Origin: a virus
Taxonomy: Duplodnaviria > Caudoviricetes
IMG/VR virus record: IMGVR_UViG_3300028603_000017
Span: 32,001 to 96,000 of that record
Reading direction: 5' to 3' (one strand)
DNA length: 64,000 nt
Shown here one piece after another: positions 46,210 through 57,327 of the stretch. How positions within the stretch are numbered: the stretch's first letter is position 1; each line of letters opens with the position of its first letter. The position numbers were made by a program, and so were the translations under genes. Under the pieces are notes generated by a model. That model was not told where the DNA came from and searched no databases. It was given only the letters and a program-made list of their open reading frames with translations.

Positions 46210-48696
46210 ATGAGATTAATATCTATTGAACTTATCGGCTACGAGAGAATATCTCTTAGCGCAAACTATATTAAGATAACACCTACTGCTGATTTACAAC
46301 TGATACTAGGCACTAATGGTAGCGGCAAAAGCAGCTTATTGGACGAAATAACGCCACTGCCTTCTGATAGTAAAAACTATACCAAAGGCGGTAGCAGTAT
46401 TAAAATATGGCAGCATAAAGGTAGCACCTATATTCTTAAAAGTGTCTTTGATAAGAAACAAGAACATTATTTTGAAAAAGACGGTATTGAATTAAATCCT
46501 GGTAGAACTGTTACTGTTCAAAGAGAATTGGTTAAACAAGAATTTTGTATCACACCTGAAATACATGAGCTTATTATGGGTAGAGATAAGTTTACCCAAA
46601 TGGCTCCTAGCAGGCGTAGGTATTGGTTTACTCAATTGTCTTCTGTCAGTTATGAATACGCTATTGAAGTTTACAATAGAGTCAGAGAAAAATTAAGAGA
46701 TACCTCTGGTGCTCTTAAGATCATGAAAAATAGATTAGTCGCTGAAAGCTCTAAATCTATTTTGCCTGAGCAAGTACAGCAATTAAAAAATGAAGTCAGT
46801 GAATTACATGACTTTTTATCTCATATTGCTGAATATAGAAAACCTATTGAAAAACCAATTGAATTAGCTAATAGTGAGATTATTGAATTAAATAATAGAA
46901 CTATTTATATTAGCAATCAATTAATCTCTCGTATTAATAAAGTTAAACAATATAATGAATTTGGTCAATTAGGTAACGTAGATGCGTTAATTAATCATTT
47001 AAATAGTGAATTAACTGTTAATAAGTTATTGATTGAAAAACTCCATGAGAGAATTAAGAAGGTATCTGATAATATTGATATCTTGGTTAAAACAGGAAAT
47101 CAAGGTATTGAAGACTTAGAAAATAAAGTATCTAGTCTAAAGAAAGACCAGGTATCTCTATTAATGAGTAAGAAGATACTAGAGGATACCCACAGGAGTC
47201 CCTTAGAGGCCATTAGAGCCATTGAAATTGTGAAGCCTACGCTAGATAGTATCTTTGCTGAAATCCCCTCTAATGGCGATTTAAGGTATTCTAATAACAA
47301 TAGAAATATTCTTATTGATAAGATAGGTAAAGCTAAAGATAAAGCTGATAGACTAAGAGCCGATATATCTAAATACAATCAAAGAAAAGAACATCTTGAG
47401 GAACACAGAGATAAATCCAATATGGTTTGTCCTCATTGCTCCAAGAATATCAATTTTGTCTTTTCTATTGCTGAATATGAAACTGTTAATAATCTAATTA
47501 TTAAATATTCAGATGAATTAAGTAATCTAATTAAACATATTGAACAATTAGAAATTCAATTAAAAGAAATTAATGATTATATTGAAATCTATAATAGGTA
47601 TCGCACTATTAAGAATTCATATCCTGTATTAAATCTATTATGGGAATTAATTGATAATAAAATTATTGATAATCCCATTAAATGTATTCAGTTGATGAAT
47701 TTGTTTCATGGTGATTTATTAGCTGATAATAGATATATTGAGATAGATAGCGAAATCAACGATATCAATAAGTTAATCTCAGCTAAGAGACTAATTGGTG
47801 ATCAAGATGCTAATAAACTCAAAGATGAAAGAGATCAAATAGAGCACGAAATCTTTGATAAACAAATATTGATAGAGAAAACTAAGTCAGAGCTAAATAA
47901 GCTTACTGAGTACAAGAAAGACTTAGAAACTATAGACAAGTTAGAAAAAGAACTCGGTGAGCTATCTAAGGATCTACAAGTAACTGTAGATGACAAGGTA
48001 GAGACCATGAGAAGACAAGTCGTGATTGAAGGTATTCGTTATGTTCAATCTATATTGTCTAGAAAAGAAAGTATTTTGATTGATCTTAATAATCAAGAGA
48101 ATATTATCAGAGACTTACAAAACTCTATTAAAGCTTTAGAAGAAGACGAATATTGTCTAAAGACTGTTGTGGGTGAATTATCTCCTACAGATGGTTTAAT
48201 AGCTGAGGGATTGTTTGGGTTTATTAAACTCTTTGTATCTCAAATGAATTCTTTTATTTCTAAGGTATGGACCTATGAAATGAAGATATTAAGCTGTGAA
48301 TTAGCTGAGGATTCTAAAGTAGAACTAGATTATAAATTCCCTATTCGTATTGAAGGAAAAGAAAAACCTGTTGCCGATATTGGTTTAGGCAGTACTTCAA
48401 TGATAGAGATTATTGATTTGGCTTTTAAGATAGTAGCTATTAAGCATTTAGGTCTAAACGACATTCCTTTATTCTTAGACGAATTTGGTGTAGGATTTGA
48501 TAAAACACATAGAACAGCTGTGTATGGTGTCTTTGATTACTTGATGAATCAGATTCAGTTTAATCAAGTCTTTATTGTTAATCATTATAGTGATTTATAT
48601 GGATCATTTAAAAACGCTGAGATATGCGTATTACATGACGCTAACGTAGAAATACCTAAAGGTAGCGTTTATAACAAGCATGTGGTGATACAGTGA
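46210..48696 (+). CDS. sbcC: SbcC/Rad50-like SMC ATPase (phiKZ gp165-like)
   Basis: Walker A GTNGSGKS, long coiled coils, zinc-hook CPHC, Walker B PLFLDE and H-loop IVNH. Confidence 0.9.
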   Translation: MRLISIELIGYERISLSANYIKITPTADLQLILGTNGSGKSSLLDEITPLPSDSKNYTKGGSSIKIWQHKGSTYILKSVFDKKQEHYFEKDGIELNPGRTVTVQRELVKQEFCITPEIHELIMGRDKFTQMAPSRRRYWFTQLSSVSYEYAIEVYNRVREKLRDTSGALKIMKNRLVAESSKSILPEQVQQLKNEVSELHDFLSHIAEYRKPIEKPIELANSEIIELNNRTIYISNQLISRINKVKQYNEFGQLGNVDALINHLNSELTVNKLLIEKLHERIKKVSDNIDILVKTGNQGIEDLENKVSSLKKDQVSLLMSKKILEDTHRSPLEAIRAIEIVKPTLDSIFAEIPSNGDLRYSNNNRNILIDKIGKAKDKADRLRADISKYNQRKEHLEEHRDKSNMVCPHCSKNINFVFSIAEYETVNNLIIKYSDELSNLIKHIEQLEIQLKEINDYIEIYNRYRTIKNSYPVLNLLWELIDNKIIDNPIKCIQLMNLFHGDLLADNRYIEIDSEINDINKLISAKRLIGDQDANKLKDERDQIEHEIFDKQILIEKTKSELNKLTEYKKDLETIDKLEKELGELSKDLQVTVDDKVETMRRQVVIEGIRYVQSILSRKESILIDLNNQENIIRDLQNSIKALEEDEYCLKTVVGELSPTDGLIAEGLFGFIKLFVSQMNSFISKVWTYEMKILSCELAEDSKVELDYKFPIRIEGKEKPVADIGLGSTSMIEIIDLAFKIVAIKHLGLNDIPLFLDEFGVGFDKTHRTAVYGVFDYLMNQIQFNQVFIVNHYSDLYGSFKNAEICVLHDANVEIPKGSVYNKHVVIQ

Positions 48697-48744
48697 CATA
48701 GGTCTAGATGCTAGGGAACTCCCTAGCATCTAGACTGTATGTCG
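48695..48744. terminator. CATA/TATG-family hairpin (copy 15), between convergent genes
   Basis: gacata-g-gtctagatgctaggga/tccctagcatctagac-tg-tatgtcg. Confidence 0.8.
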
Positions 48745-48755
48745 TTTATATATTA

Positions 48756-51700
48756 TTAATATTCAGGTTCTGGTAGCTCAACCGGAAGCATGCATGAGAA
48801 ATCGTCATCCTTCCACAACACCCTTCTTACCTTTGTAATAGAATCAAATTCTGCTACTGTTACAGATTTTGTTCCAAAGTATCTAGTAAAGATTTCTTTA
48901 TCTCTTTGGTTTTCTTGTGCTTTAAATACATCTAGATTAGCTTTTACGTCACTGTAGAGTATTTCTAAATCTACATTTTCGTATTGTCTAGAGATTTCAG
49001 TAGCATTAATTGAATTAATATATTCTTGGAAAGTTTCACCATTTGATTTAGTGAGCTGAGAATCATCTTTCCATACATCGATAAGAAACACAAACGGATC
49101 TGTGGTAGTAGTATCTTTTTCAAAGAAATAAACCGTAGTTAAATGATCTTCTTGCTGAGCTTCAAAATACGGTACGATATCACATATTCCTGATGTGTTG
49201 TTTCTACGCAGCGTAATGCTACCAGAAGCCACACCGTCAATAAATACAGGTACTGATTTTTCAGTATATGTAATATTTGGATTCTTATATATAGGATAAT
49301 CTATATCACTGTAGAATTCACCAGTATTAATTGGTTCATATCCACGAAAATACATACGAATATTGTCGGAATTAGGTAGACTATTTATGTTAAAAGTGAA
49401 TGGTAGCTCAATGGCATATTTGCCTATGCGCTCAACTTCACTGGCAGACACTATTGTTCCTGAAGGAATATTTATCTCAAAGTTTGGTATAACAAAATAT
49501 TCCTCATAATCACCAATATACCCCTCAGCTGTAATAGTGTAACTTCCATCTATACGAAAGCTACCGTCCTCAACATAGTCATCAACATAGTCATCACCTA
49601 TTAAATTCTCAATCAATATTTTACCTGAAATATTACCAGATTCATCAGCTATATGGTTATCAAACTTAGCATTAATTGACACATAAGTATTATCGCCGTA
49701 TGGGCTACTTTGTCCTTCTTCTGTTGTTAGATAGAACTTATAATTTTCATCAGTAGGATCTACCTTCCTATCATCGTATTCAGTTATTTGTAAAACAACT
49801 GCTGCATTAGCATCGTAATAATCGTACCCTGTTGCGTCTTCATGAGGTATTTGAGTAAATATAGTTTGCCTGCCAGAAACGTTAGTCTTACCTCTTATAA
49901 ATTTAGTTGTTCTACCAGGAACTACTAATACTGCTAAATATTCAGTATATGGTTTGGTATTAATACGGAAATAAACAGCGTCTCCAGGATAAACGGATTC
50001 GCCTTTATCTAAAGACACCCATGCCCAATCCTGATATCTTTCGACTTCACATTCAATATCAATTATTTTTAAACCAGGTCCGCTGCTATATAGTGCGCAA
50101 TCGGTATTTGGTGCTATTTCTTGCTTGAATTGACCGGTTCCATCTTCATAACCGTAAGTACCTACCATTGAGTAGGTATTAAAGTTTGGATCTATAGCTG
50201 TAAAGCTACCTTCCCAATCACCGTACTCATCCCAATAGTTGGGATCGTATTGAGTATTAGCAAACTGAGATACCTTAACCATTACTGGTAAAGGAGGTGG
50301 AGGTTCTGGTTCTGGTTCTGGCTCTGGTTCGGGCTCCGGTATGTCAGGACATGGGCACGGTGGAGGCAAGCACTTGTCTTCAGATTGAGCAGTGTAGATA
50401 ATTTGTACATGGTCTCTGTCGTCATTACGCGGATCTTCAGCGGCTGCTCCTTCACCAACCATATAGGTTTTAAAGAAGAGCATTAAACCATCCATCGTTA
50501 AATATTTCCTACAGGACTGTAGTGCGAGAATTTCCTCTCTACTTACTACAGGTAAGTTTTCCATCTTATCTAACCCCACTTGAGTCTTATCGGTATTGTG
50601 AGGATTATCAACATTTATTAAGTGCTCACCAATCTTGGCGGATAACTCTTCCAGATCTTCTTCTTTAATAATCTTATTCCACTGAAAATCATGCTCAGGA
50701 TTTCCATTAGGATGATAAGCAAATAAAATCCTCTTACCAAATCTTTCTGAGAATAAAAACAAACCACCTCGATCGGTATTGTTATTATTGATCCTCAAAA
50801 CCGTATATTCATCATAAATAGTAGATTCAGGCGGATATACTCTACCGTCATAAGCAATATTTTCTTCAGTATATTGCTCTTTAGATTTTAGAATAAAAAT
50901 AGATCCATTAACGGTATTTAGTAGATCTGATAATCCTGGATTGATAGCTATGCCTCTGTTTCTACCAATATTGGTAGTACTCAACAATACAAATCGATCG
51001 TAGATGACTTGCTTAAAAGTATTTAGAGTATTTAAAGCCATATATTTGTTGGCTTCAAAATCAGTAATTCTGGTAGCACTCTCAGCAGCTGATCGAGCTT
51101 CTGTATTGTTAGCTAATGTAAGGTTTTGTACATTACTTAAACCAATAAACGCTTTATTGATATCAGCTTTGAAATTACCAAAAGCTTCCTCAATATAAAC
51201 ATCTAAAGCTAATCTGGTTTGAACTTCAATACTGTCTAAAGTATTATTCAAAGACATCCTTACTCTATCGTAGTAAGGAGAGTCACTCCAGATAATAGTA
51301 TTTCTTACTTTCTCGATATTATAGCAAAGATGATGAAAATCAAACGTATCTACTTTTTGGGTATCAATAGATTCGGTTTCATCTTTAACCATATCGTTAT
51401 ACCAAGAATATGATGGATCATCATCCTTTAAGGTATTGAGATAATGCTGTAATTCCGTGCTGGTAATTTCATAAGCACCACCTACACATTGGTAAGTAAT
51501 ACTTAGATTTTGATGAATAATAGAATTATGGATTAAAATGATGCCACAAACTTTCTTACCAGAAGCACTAGACAAGGTAGGTAAAGGTTGCAGTAATTTG
51601 TAATCAATCAGATGTCTTAAGACATACCCAGTATCCGTATGGGTAATAACCAAAGAATCTACATAAAAAGCACCATGCTTTAATGCTAGAGCTCTGTTTC

Positions 51701-51797
51701 TTTGACGAACCAGGCTATGCGCCTCGTCCACCACCAGATTGTCTGGATTTTCTCCAGTTAAATCTAATTGGTATTGATTTGGGTTGTTATCGGCCAT
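48756..51797 (-). CDS. Tail fibre paralogue 1
   Basis: N-anchor YQLDLTGENPDNLVVDE.H...YQCVGG; H...NPH...K.QVGL..NLP; PEPEPE linker; variable C-region. Confidence 0.8.
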   Translation of the reverse strand: MADNNPNQYQLDLTGENPDNLVVDEAHSLVRQRNRALALKHGAFYVDSLVITHTDTGYVLRHLIDYKLLQPLPTLSSASGKKVCGIILIHNSIIHQNLSITYQCVGGAYEITSTELQHYLNTLKDDDPSYSWYNDMVKDETESIDTQKVDTFDFHHLCYNIEKVRNTIIWSDSPYYDRVRMSLNNTLDSIEVQTRLALDVYIEEAFGNFKADINKAFIGLSNVQNLTLANNTEARSAAESATRITDFEANKYMALNTLNTFKQVIYDRFVLLSTTNIGRNRGIAINPGLSDLLNTVNGSIFILKSKEQYTEENIAYDGRVYPPESTIYDEYTVLRINNNNTDRGGLFLFSERFGKRILFAYHPNGNPEHDFQWNKIIKEEDLEELSAKIGEHLINVDNPHNTDKTQVGLDKMENLPVVSREEILALQSCRKYLTMDGLMLFFKTYMVGEGAAAEDPRNDDRDHVQIIYTAQSEDKCLPPPCPCPDIPEPEPEPEPEPEPPPPLPVMVKVSQFANTQYDPNYWDEYGDWEGSFTAIDPNFNTYSMVGTYGYEDGTGQFKQEIAPNTDCALYSSGPGLKIIDIECEVERYQDWAWVSLDKGESVYPGDAVYFRINTKPYTEYLAVLVVPGRTTKFIRGKTNVSGRQTIFTQIPHEDATGYDYYDANAAVVLQITEYDDRKVDPTDENYKFYLTTEEGQSSPYGDNTYVSINAKFDNHIADESGNISGKILIENLIGDDYVDDYVEDGSFRIDGSYTITAEGYIGDYEEYFVIPNFEINIPSGTIVSASEVERIGKYAIELPFTFNINSLPNSDNIRMYFRGYEPINTGEFYSDIDYPIYKNPNITYTEKSVPVFIDGVASGSITLRRNNTSGICDIVPYFEAQQEDHLTTVYFFEKDTTTTDPFVFLIDVWKDDSQLTKSNGETFQEYINSINATEISRQYENVDLEILYSDVKANLDVFKAQENQRDKEIFTRYFGTKSVTVAEFDSITKVRRVLWKDDDFSCMLPVELPEPEY

Positions 51798-51840
51798 TGG
51801 AAATAAGTCCTAATTATTTATTTCACTCATTTAATTTGAA

Positions 51841-51886
51841 GCAACATACACTCCAGGTAGGGATTACCCTACCTGGAGCTATGCTG
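51841..51886. terminator. CATA/TATG-family hairpin (copy 16)
   Basis: gcaacata-ca-ctccaggtaggg/ccctacctggag-c-tatgctg. Confidence 0.8.
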
Positions 51887-51895
51887 TGTTTTTAT

Positions 51896-54800
51896 TTATG
51901 AAACCCCACCACCAGCTTGTTCAAAAGTCCAGATTTGTCTTCTTACCTTTGTAATAGAAGCAAACTGTGTGGAAGATACTTCTAATGTTCCATGTGCTGT
52001 ATTTAGAACACCGTGTTGTCTATGTTGTTTCCAAATATAAAGAAAGAAACCATTATCTACACCAGGGAATATATCCTCACCTGTCAACACCTTGTTTAGC
52101 ACATCTGTTGAAGTCATTGCGTTTACACTACTTATAGTAACACCGAGGTTTTTTGCAAAAGCTAGTATAGAATAAACACTAGGTGTATCATCTATAAGGG
52201 TTATGTAATCTGAGTTATTATCTTCAGCAAAATAAACATAACTCGAATGAACGGCATTATCTTCACTGATATCGGGTCTAGTAATATCAGTTATTGATAG
52301 TCTTTTCTTAGTAGTGTTGTATACTAGCTTCACATTACCTATTGTAATACCATTACCGTCAGTCAAAGGCACTGTCTTTGATTGATAAATATCGCTATCA
52401 AAAGAGAACCTAAATTTATTACTATAGCCTCTACTTAGTAAGTCGTCGTGTGTGTAACCCTCACCAGTTTCAGAAAGAGTAACAGTAAGTTCGTAATCCA
52501 CTTCGATACTATAGCCTACAGCTGACTTAGGAATAGCTAAATCGATCCATTCTAATGTTTGGGCATACGAGTAATTATAATAAAACTCAATAAGACCTGA
52601 ACTAACAGATTCAATATCGATACCGTCGCTATGAGCTACTATGTTACTAGGATTTATAATTAACTCATTGGAGTCATCAGCGTTTAACACACTGTAATCT
52701 AGGTTTAAACTATGATATACATCATTTCCTAAATTATAGAGATGAAGTCTTACTCTTATACTGTCTCCGTAATCACTGTGATTAAACGGACTTACAATAT
52801 CGTTTATTACAAAAGGAATAATAGTTCTTCCCGTAGAAGCATGATCATATTCTAACCAATCTATATTAAAAATATAGTTATCGTCGGGACCACCACCACC
52901 ATAATAACCTTCAATAAATAGTTCATCATTAATAATGGTGTATCTATCATAATCACAAGTATTTTCTACAAAGTTATAATTTTGTTCATCGTCGGCAAGG
53001 AGCTGTGGATTATGTCCAATATAGAGTTTGAAGTTATTTGCAAACTCATAATCGTCATAATAAGACGTAAAAGGAATTCTATTACCACCAGTATGTGTTC
53101 TAATAAAACCGTCACCAATAACGTTCTTGACTCTTAATTGATAAGTGTTGGAAGAGCTATCAGTTCTGTCTATTGGCCAAAATGCAAAACCTTGAATAGG
53201 AGGCGATACTTCTTCACCAATATAACTACCGTAATGAAAATTGGTATTTGAATGTAGGTCAACGTTTTCAAAACCACAGTGTGATGACCAATAAGTAATG
53301 TCGGCTTCTACCGTATGATCTTCTTCACCTTCATATCCGTATCCGCCTATAAGTTTGATATTTTCATTAGAAGGATTGGATGAATTGTCCAAAGGTGAAC
53401 ACCATTGCGTCTTTTTAACCATTGGTGTTACTTGAACAGGAGGTGGTGGTTCCGGCTCAGGACTAGGCGCTGGTGGCGGAGGTTCAGGAGTATCGCAGCA
53501 AGGCGGACACTCTTCTAGTACACCTGTACCACACTTATAAATATCTAGTTGCTCTATCGGATTAATTTCGCCGCTACGATCTTCATCATCGCCTTCATTC
53601 TTACCAATAAAGAAAGTCTTTACAAATAACAAGAATAAGTCAAAAGTAATATACTTTCTAGCATTGTCTAAACAGAGTATTTCTTGTACACTGATAATAG
53701 GTAGATTCTCTACCAACCCTAATCCTATTTGACTCTTTGTAGTATCATGACCATTATCAACATCATTAATGTGAGTTAATAGTCTATTTTCTATATCCTC
53801 AAACTGAGGATACATAGCTATTCTTAAATGTGTAAAATGTACTTCAGGCTCACCTGAGCTGTGTTTTACAATGTAGAACTTTTTACCAGTTCTTTCAATT
53901 AAGAAATAAATACCGCCTCTATTGTTTTTATTACCACTGATTTTGGTAATCACAAATTGTTCAGAACTACCTGCATCTGTTGGATAAATACTTAAATTAA
54001 TACCAGCAGAGCCATTTGATGCTTGAGCTTTAGATACCAATGTTCTAATAGCGCCTGTTCTTAAATTAAGAATAGAATCAGCATCAGGAGATACGTTGGT
54101 TGTATTGGTCAAACCAATATGGGTAGTCTCTGAAAGTATAAAAGTATTGTACAGTACATTCTTAAATGCAATTAATGAATTCAGTGCAATATATTTAGCT
54201 ACTGGAAAGTTTTTGGTAATAGAATCAGATCTAGCGATAATTCTACCGTCTTCTTCAGTAGCTATTCCATAATTGCTTAAATTATCTAATCCAAAGAAAG
54301 CTGTATTGATTTGTCTTTTGAACGCTATCAATTGTGGACCAAAAAAAGCGTCCATCTTATATTTATTCTTTTGATTGATTTCATCAATAATTGAATTAAT
54401 ATAAAGAATTAAGTTTTTATAGGCTGGTAAGTCTGTATATGAAATAGCGTTTTGTATTTTATCTAACTTATGACAGATCTCCTCAAACCCACTAGGTGTA
54501 CCAATGGGGTGAAAGTGAGGAGTGGGAAACCATTCTTTAGGTTTCCCATCTATCTCATACCAGCTAAAATCTAATCCATCGTCAGGTATCTTATCTAGTA
54601 GATCAAATAATGTTTGAGCAGTTTGCTCCCACTCACCACCTACACATTGATAAGACACCTGGATGTTTTTACTGACTTGACGGTTGATAACCAATAAAGC
54701 ACCAAACACATCTTTACCAGTTCTTAAAGACATGATTTGATTGAGCTCAATAGGAACATAATCTATTCCTCTGACCAATATTCTCAAATCAGCCATATCG

Positions 54801-54949
54801 ACCATAACTACGTTGTCAGCATAAAAAGGACCAGCCTTTGTAACAACTGCTCTATTTCTTCTATCACTGAGTACGTGTTTTTCATCACCTACAAAGTTAT
54901 CAGGATTAGACCCTGTAAGATCTAATCCATATCTGAATAATGGTTGCAT
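51896..54949 (-). CDS. Tail fibre paralogue 2
   Basis: YGLDLTGSNPDNFVGDEKH anchor, YQCVGG, K.QIGL..VENLP and a Pro-rich linker; C-domain related to paralogue 1. Confidence 0.8.
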   Translation of the reverse strand: MQPLFRYGLDLTGSNPDNFVGDEKHVLSDRRNRAVVTKAGPFYADNVVMVDMADLRILVRGIDYVPIELNQIMSLRTGKDVFGALLVINRQVSKNIQVSYQCVGGEWEQTAQTLFDLLDKIPDDGLDFSWYEIDGKPKEWFPTPHFHPIGTPSGFEEICHKLDKIQNAISYTDLPAYKNLILYINSIIDEINQKNKYKMDAFFGPQLIAFKRQINTAFFGLDNLSNYGIATEEDGRIIARSDSITKNFPVAKYIALNSLIAFKNVLYNTFILSETTHIGLTNTTNVSPDADSILNLRTGAIRTLVSKAQASNGSAGINLSIYPTDAGSSEQFVITKISGNKNNRGGIYFLIERTGKKFYIVKHSSGEPEVHFTHLRIAMYPQFEDIENRLLTHINDVDNGHDTTKSQIGLGLVENLPIISVQEILCLDNARKYITFDLFLLFVKTFFIGKNEGDDEDRSGEINPIEQLDIYKCGTGVLEECPPCCDTPEPPPPAPSPEPEPPPPVQVTPMVKKTQWCSPLDNSSNPSNENIKLIGGYGYEGEEDHTVEADITYWSSHCGFENVDLHSNTNFHYGSYIGEEVSPPIQGFAFWPIDRTDSSSNTYQLRVKNVIGDGFIRTHTGGNRIPFTSYYDDYEFANNFKLYIGHNPQLLADDEQNYNFVENTCDYDRYTIINDELFIEGYYGGGGPDDNYIFNIDWLEYDHASTGRTIIPFVINDIVSPFNHSDYGDSIRVRLHLYNLGNDVYHSLNLDYSVLNADDSNELIINPSNIVAHSDGIDIESVSSGLIEFYYNYSYAQTLEWIDLAIPKSAVGYSIEVDYELTVTLSETGEGYTHDDLLSRGYSNKFRFSFDSDIYQSKTVPLTDGNGITIGNVKLVYNTTKKRLSITDITRPDISEDNAVHSSYVYFAEDNNSDYITLIDDTPSVYSILAFAKNLGVTISSVNAMTSTDVLNKVLTGEDIFPGVDNGFFLYIWKQHRQHGVLNTAHGTLEVSSTQFASITKVRRQIWTFEQAGGGVS

Positions 54950-54959
54950 AGATTAAACC

Positions 54960-57197
54960 TTATTTTGCGGATACTGAACCAACATTGCTGCGGCATTCTC
55001 GATGTTGAATAATTATTGTATTTGATGTTGTTCCACCACCAGTAACAGAACCTTGCCAATTACCGATTGGTAAACCTGCTGTCTGGAATCCTCCAAGACC
55101 AAAAGACATACACTCACCACTAGGATCACCAGCAATAACAGAACCGGACCCATTGCCGTTTCCACCAATACCAATAGTTGTTTTGCTTTTGAGTACTTTA
55201 TGAGAACCATTTAGATACTTATAACTAAACTCTACTTCAAAATTACCTGGAGCAGCACCACTGACGTTAATAGTAATAATAGACGGCGTTCCAGGGTAAA
55301 CTACTGATTTACTGGCCGATATACTAATAGTAGGGTGATACACCGGTGGAGGTGGAGGCGGAGGAGGCGGAGGTGGTGGTTCAGGAGATGGAGGAGGTGG
55401 AGGAGGCGGAGGTGGAGGAGGCGGAGGAGGCGGAGGTGGAGGAGGCGGAGGCGGAGGTGGAGGAATAGATGCCTCCTCAGGTTTATACACCACCGTATTA
55501 TGTATCGATGTTTTATTACCTTTGAAGGTAAATATCGATTGAATAACACCTTCTTGTACACCTACTGCTAAATTACCCATAAAAGAACCGTACGCATCTA
55601 GCGTGTATTGTCTTGTTACAGGCGTATTAGCTCCTAGTTGTGTCCTCATTGTAAATGTAGATCTAGGCTCACCATTATTGACTGCCCAACCTACATTAGC
55701 TCCAATAGGGAAATTCCCATCCAAACCCGATACCGTCGGAGAATAAACAACTTCTGTTGACTTACCTGCTGGTGAATACACCACAACAGCATTGTCAATA
55801 ATAAACTTATTCCTACTCTCAGGTGTTGTAGGAGAATCTGGTCCATTTTGCAAGAAATGTACTCTAGCAAAATAAAGCAATGTATCAAAAGTAATATAAC
55901 TTCTGACACTCATAGGACCATCTAGTTCAGCTTGAGTAACGACAGGTAAATTTTCTACCTTATCTAACCCAACTTGACTTTTAATCAACTCGTGAGGATT
56001 ACCTCTGTCGTTAATATGGGCTTGTAGCGTAGCTGATATTTGAGCTATCTTGGTGTTGGTTGTAAACTTCTTCCAGATTAAATCAATACCTGCTATCTCT
56101 TCAGTTAAAGTACCCCAATAGGTATCTAGTGTATTTTGATCAATTAAGAAAACATCACTGTCGTTGCTATCAATACTGTTAGATAGCTTCATCACCACAG
56201 TTTCATTACTGAAAGAAAATCCATCAGGATAATAATTATTGCTAAAAACAGTTTCTGTATCAACAGCTTGGTTTCTGCTGATAGTATTGTATCTAGATAA
56301 ATTACCTGATCTCAGTATTTCACGATCACTAGGTATACCGTATTTACCTACAGCTAAATCAATACCTGTTAAATCTCGTCTAATGAGATTTTGATAAATA
56401 GCTTTCTTAAATCCAATCAGAGTTTCAATAAGAATATATTTATTCTCTACAGTCTGATTGGCTGTAAAAGATGGAGAGCCTAATTCTAAACCTTCTTTTT
56501 CTAAAGCATATTTTAGGTTAGCTATTTTATCTAAACCAATATATTCTTTTGTAAATATAGATTTAAAATCTTCTAATTTATCAGGCATGTTAGCATCTAA
56601 GTATGCTTCCATGTCTATTTGTATTTGAATTAAAGAAGTATCAATAAAAGCTAGTAGTTCTCTAAACGTTGTATAAGAGCCTACTCGAATAGCATTTTCA
56701 ACTCTATTTAATCCAGATACAATATATTCTAATCCATAGATTTCATCTGCATCATGCAAATGATGAGCAACAGGAGAAAACTCTTTGGGTTTATCCCTGA
56801 TCTCATCCCAAGGCACAGGTGTAAAAGGTGGTACTTTATCAATATAAGCTTCAATCAAATTGCTGGAGCTATATGTATCAGATCCACCTAATACTTGATA
56901 AGTTAAAGAGATAGGTAGTTTATCTAAATTTGTAATAAGAATAATAGCTGTACAAATTTCTTTACCTACCATCAAAGAAGCTTCTTGATTAAATTCAATT
57001 GGAATATAATCAACATTTCTCTCTAAGATATCGCCGTCAACATTCTTTACGATAAGAGATTCTGTAAAAAAGTTTTTAAATTCAGGTATAACAATGCCAG
57101 TAGATAAGTCGACATTGTCGTGAATTTCATCTTCAATTAAATTATCTGGATCAACACCAGTTCTATCTAATTGAAATTTTTGAACAATGGTAGCCAC
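54960..57197 (-). CDS. Tail fibre paralogue 3 with polyproline linker
   Basis: FQLDRTGVDPDNLIEDEIH anchor, YQVLGG and NPH...K.QVGL; 38 Pro in 40 aa. Confidence 0.8.
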   Translation of the reverse strand: MATIVQKFQLDRTGVDPDNLIEDEIHDNVDLSTGIVIPEFKNFFTESLIVKNVDGDILERNVDYIPIEFNQEASLMVGKEICTAIILITNLDKLPISLTYQVLGGSDTYSSSNLIEAYIDKVPPFTPVPWDEIRDKPKEFSPVAHHLHDADEIYGLEYIVSGLNRVENAIRVGSYTTFRELLAFIDTSLIQIQIDMEAYLDANMPDKLEDFKSIFTKEYIGLDKIANLKYALEKEGLELGSPSFTANQTVENKYILIETLIGFKKAIYQNLIRRDLTGIDLAVGKYGIPSDREILRSGNLSRYNTISRNQAVDTETVFSNNYYPDGFSFSNETVVMKLSNSIDSNDSDVFLIDQNTLDTYWGTLTEEIAGIDLIWKKFTTNTKIAQISATLQAHINDRGNPHELIKSQVGLDKVENLPVVTQAELDGPMSVRSYITFDTLLYFARVHFLQNGPDSPTTPESRNKFIIDNAVVVYSPAGKSTEVVYSPTVSGLDGNFPIGANVGWAVNNGEPRSTFTMRTQLGANTPVTRQYTLDAYGSFMGNLAVGVQEGVIQSIFTFKGNKTSIHNTVVYKPEEASIPPPPPPPPPPPPPPPPPPPPPPPPPSPEPPPPPPPPPPPPVYHPTISISASKSVVYPGTPSIITINVSGAAPGNFEVEFSYKYLNGSHKVLKSKTTIGIGGNGNGSGSVIAGDPSGECMSFGLGGFQTAGLPIGNWQGSVTGGGTTSNTIIIQHRECRSNVGSVSAK
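55344..55463 (-). repeat. CCN codon microsatellite encoding P25-S-P-E-P12
   Basis: Run of agg/tgg/cgg triplets on the + strand. Confidence 0.9.
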
Positions 57198-57255
57198 AAT
57201 AAAAACCTCGCTTCATAAGGCGAATTTGTCAAACAAGACTCATGATATTTGTCGA

Positions 57256-57300
57256 GCAACATAGCTCCAGGTAGGGTAATCCCTACCTGGAGCGTATGAC
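57256..57300. terminator. CATA/TATG-family hairpin (copy 17; inverted twin of copy 16)
   Basis: gcaacatag-ctccaggtaggg-taat-ccctacctggag-cg-tatgac. Confidence 0.8.
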
Positions 57301-57327
57301 TTTAAGTAATGAAATTAAACAATTTCT

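Noticed and set aside
6538-48696. Inteins or introns in the polymerase, helicase, RNAP or SbcC genes
   Set aside because: Lengths are as expected, frames are continuous, and no splice or homing-endonuclease motifs were seen.
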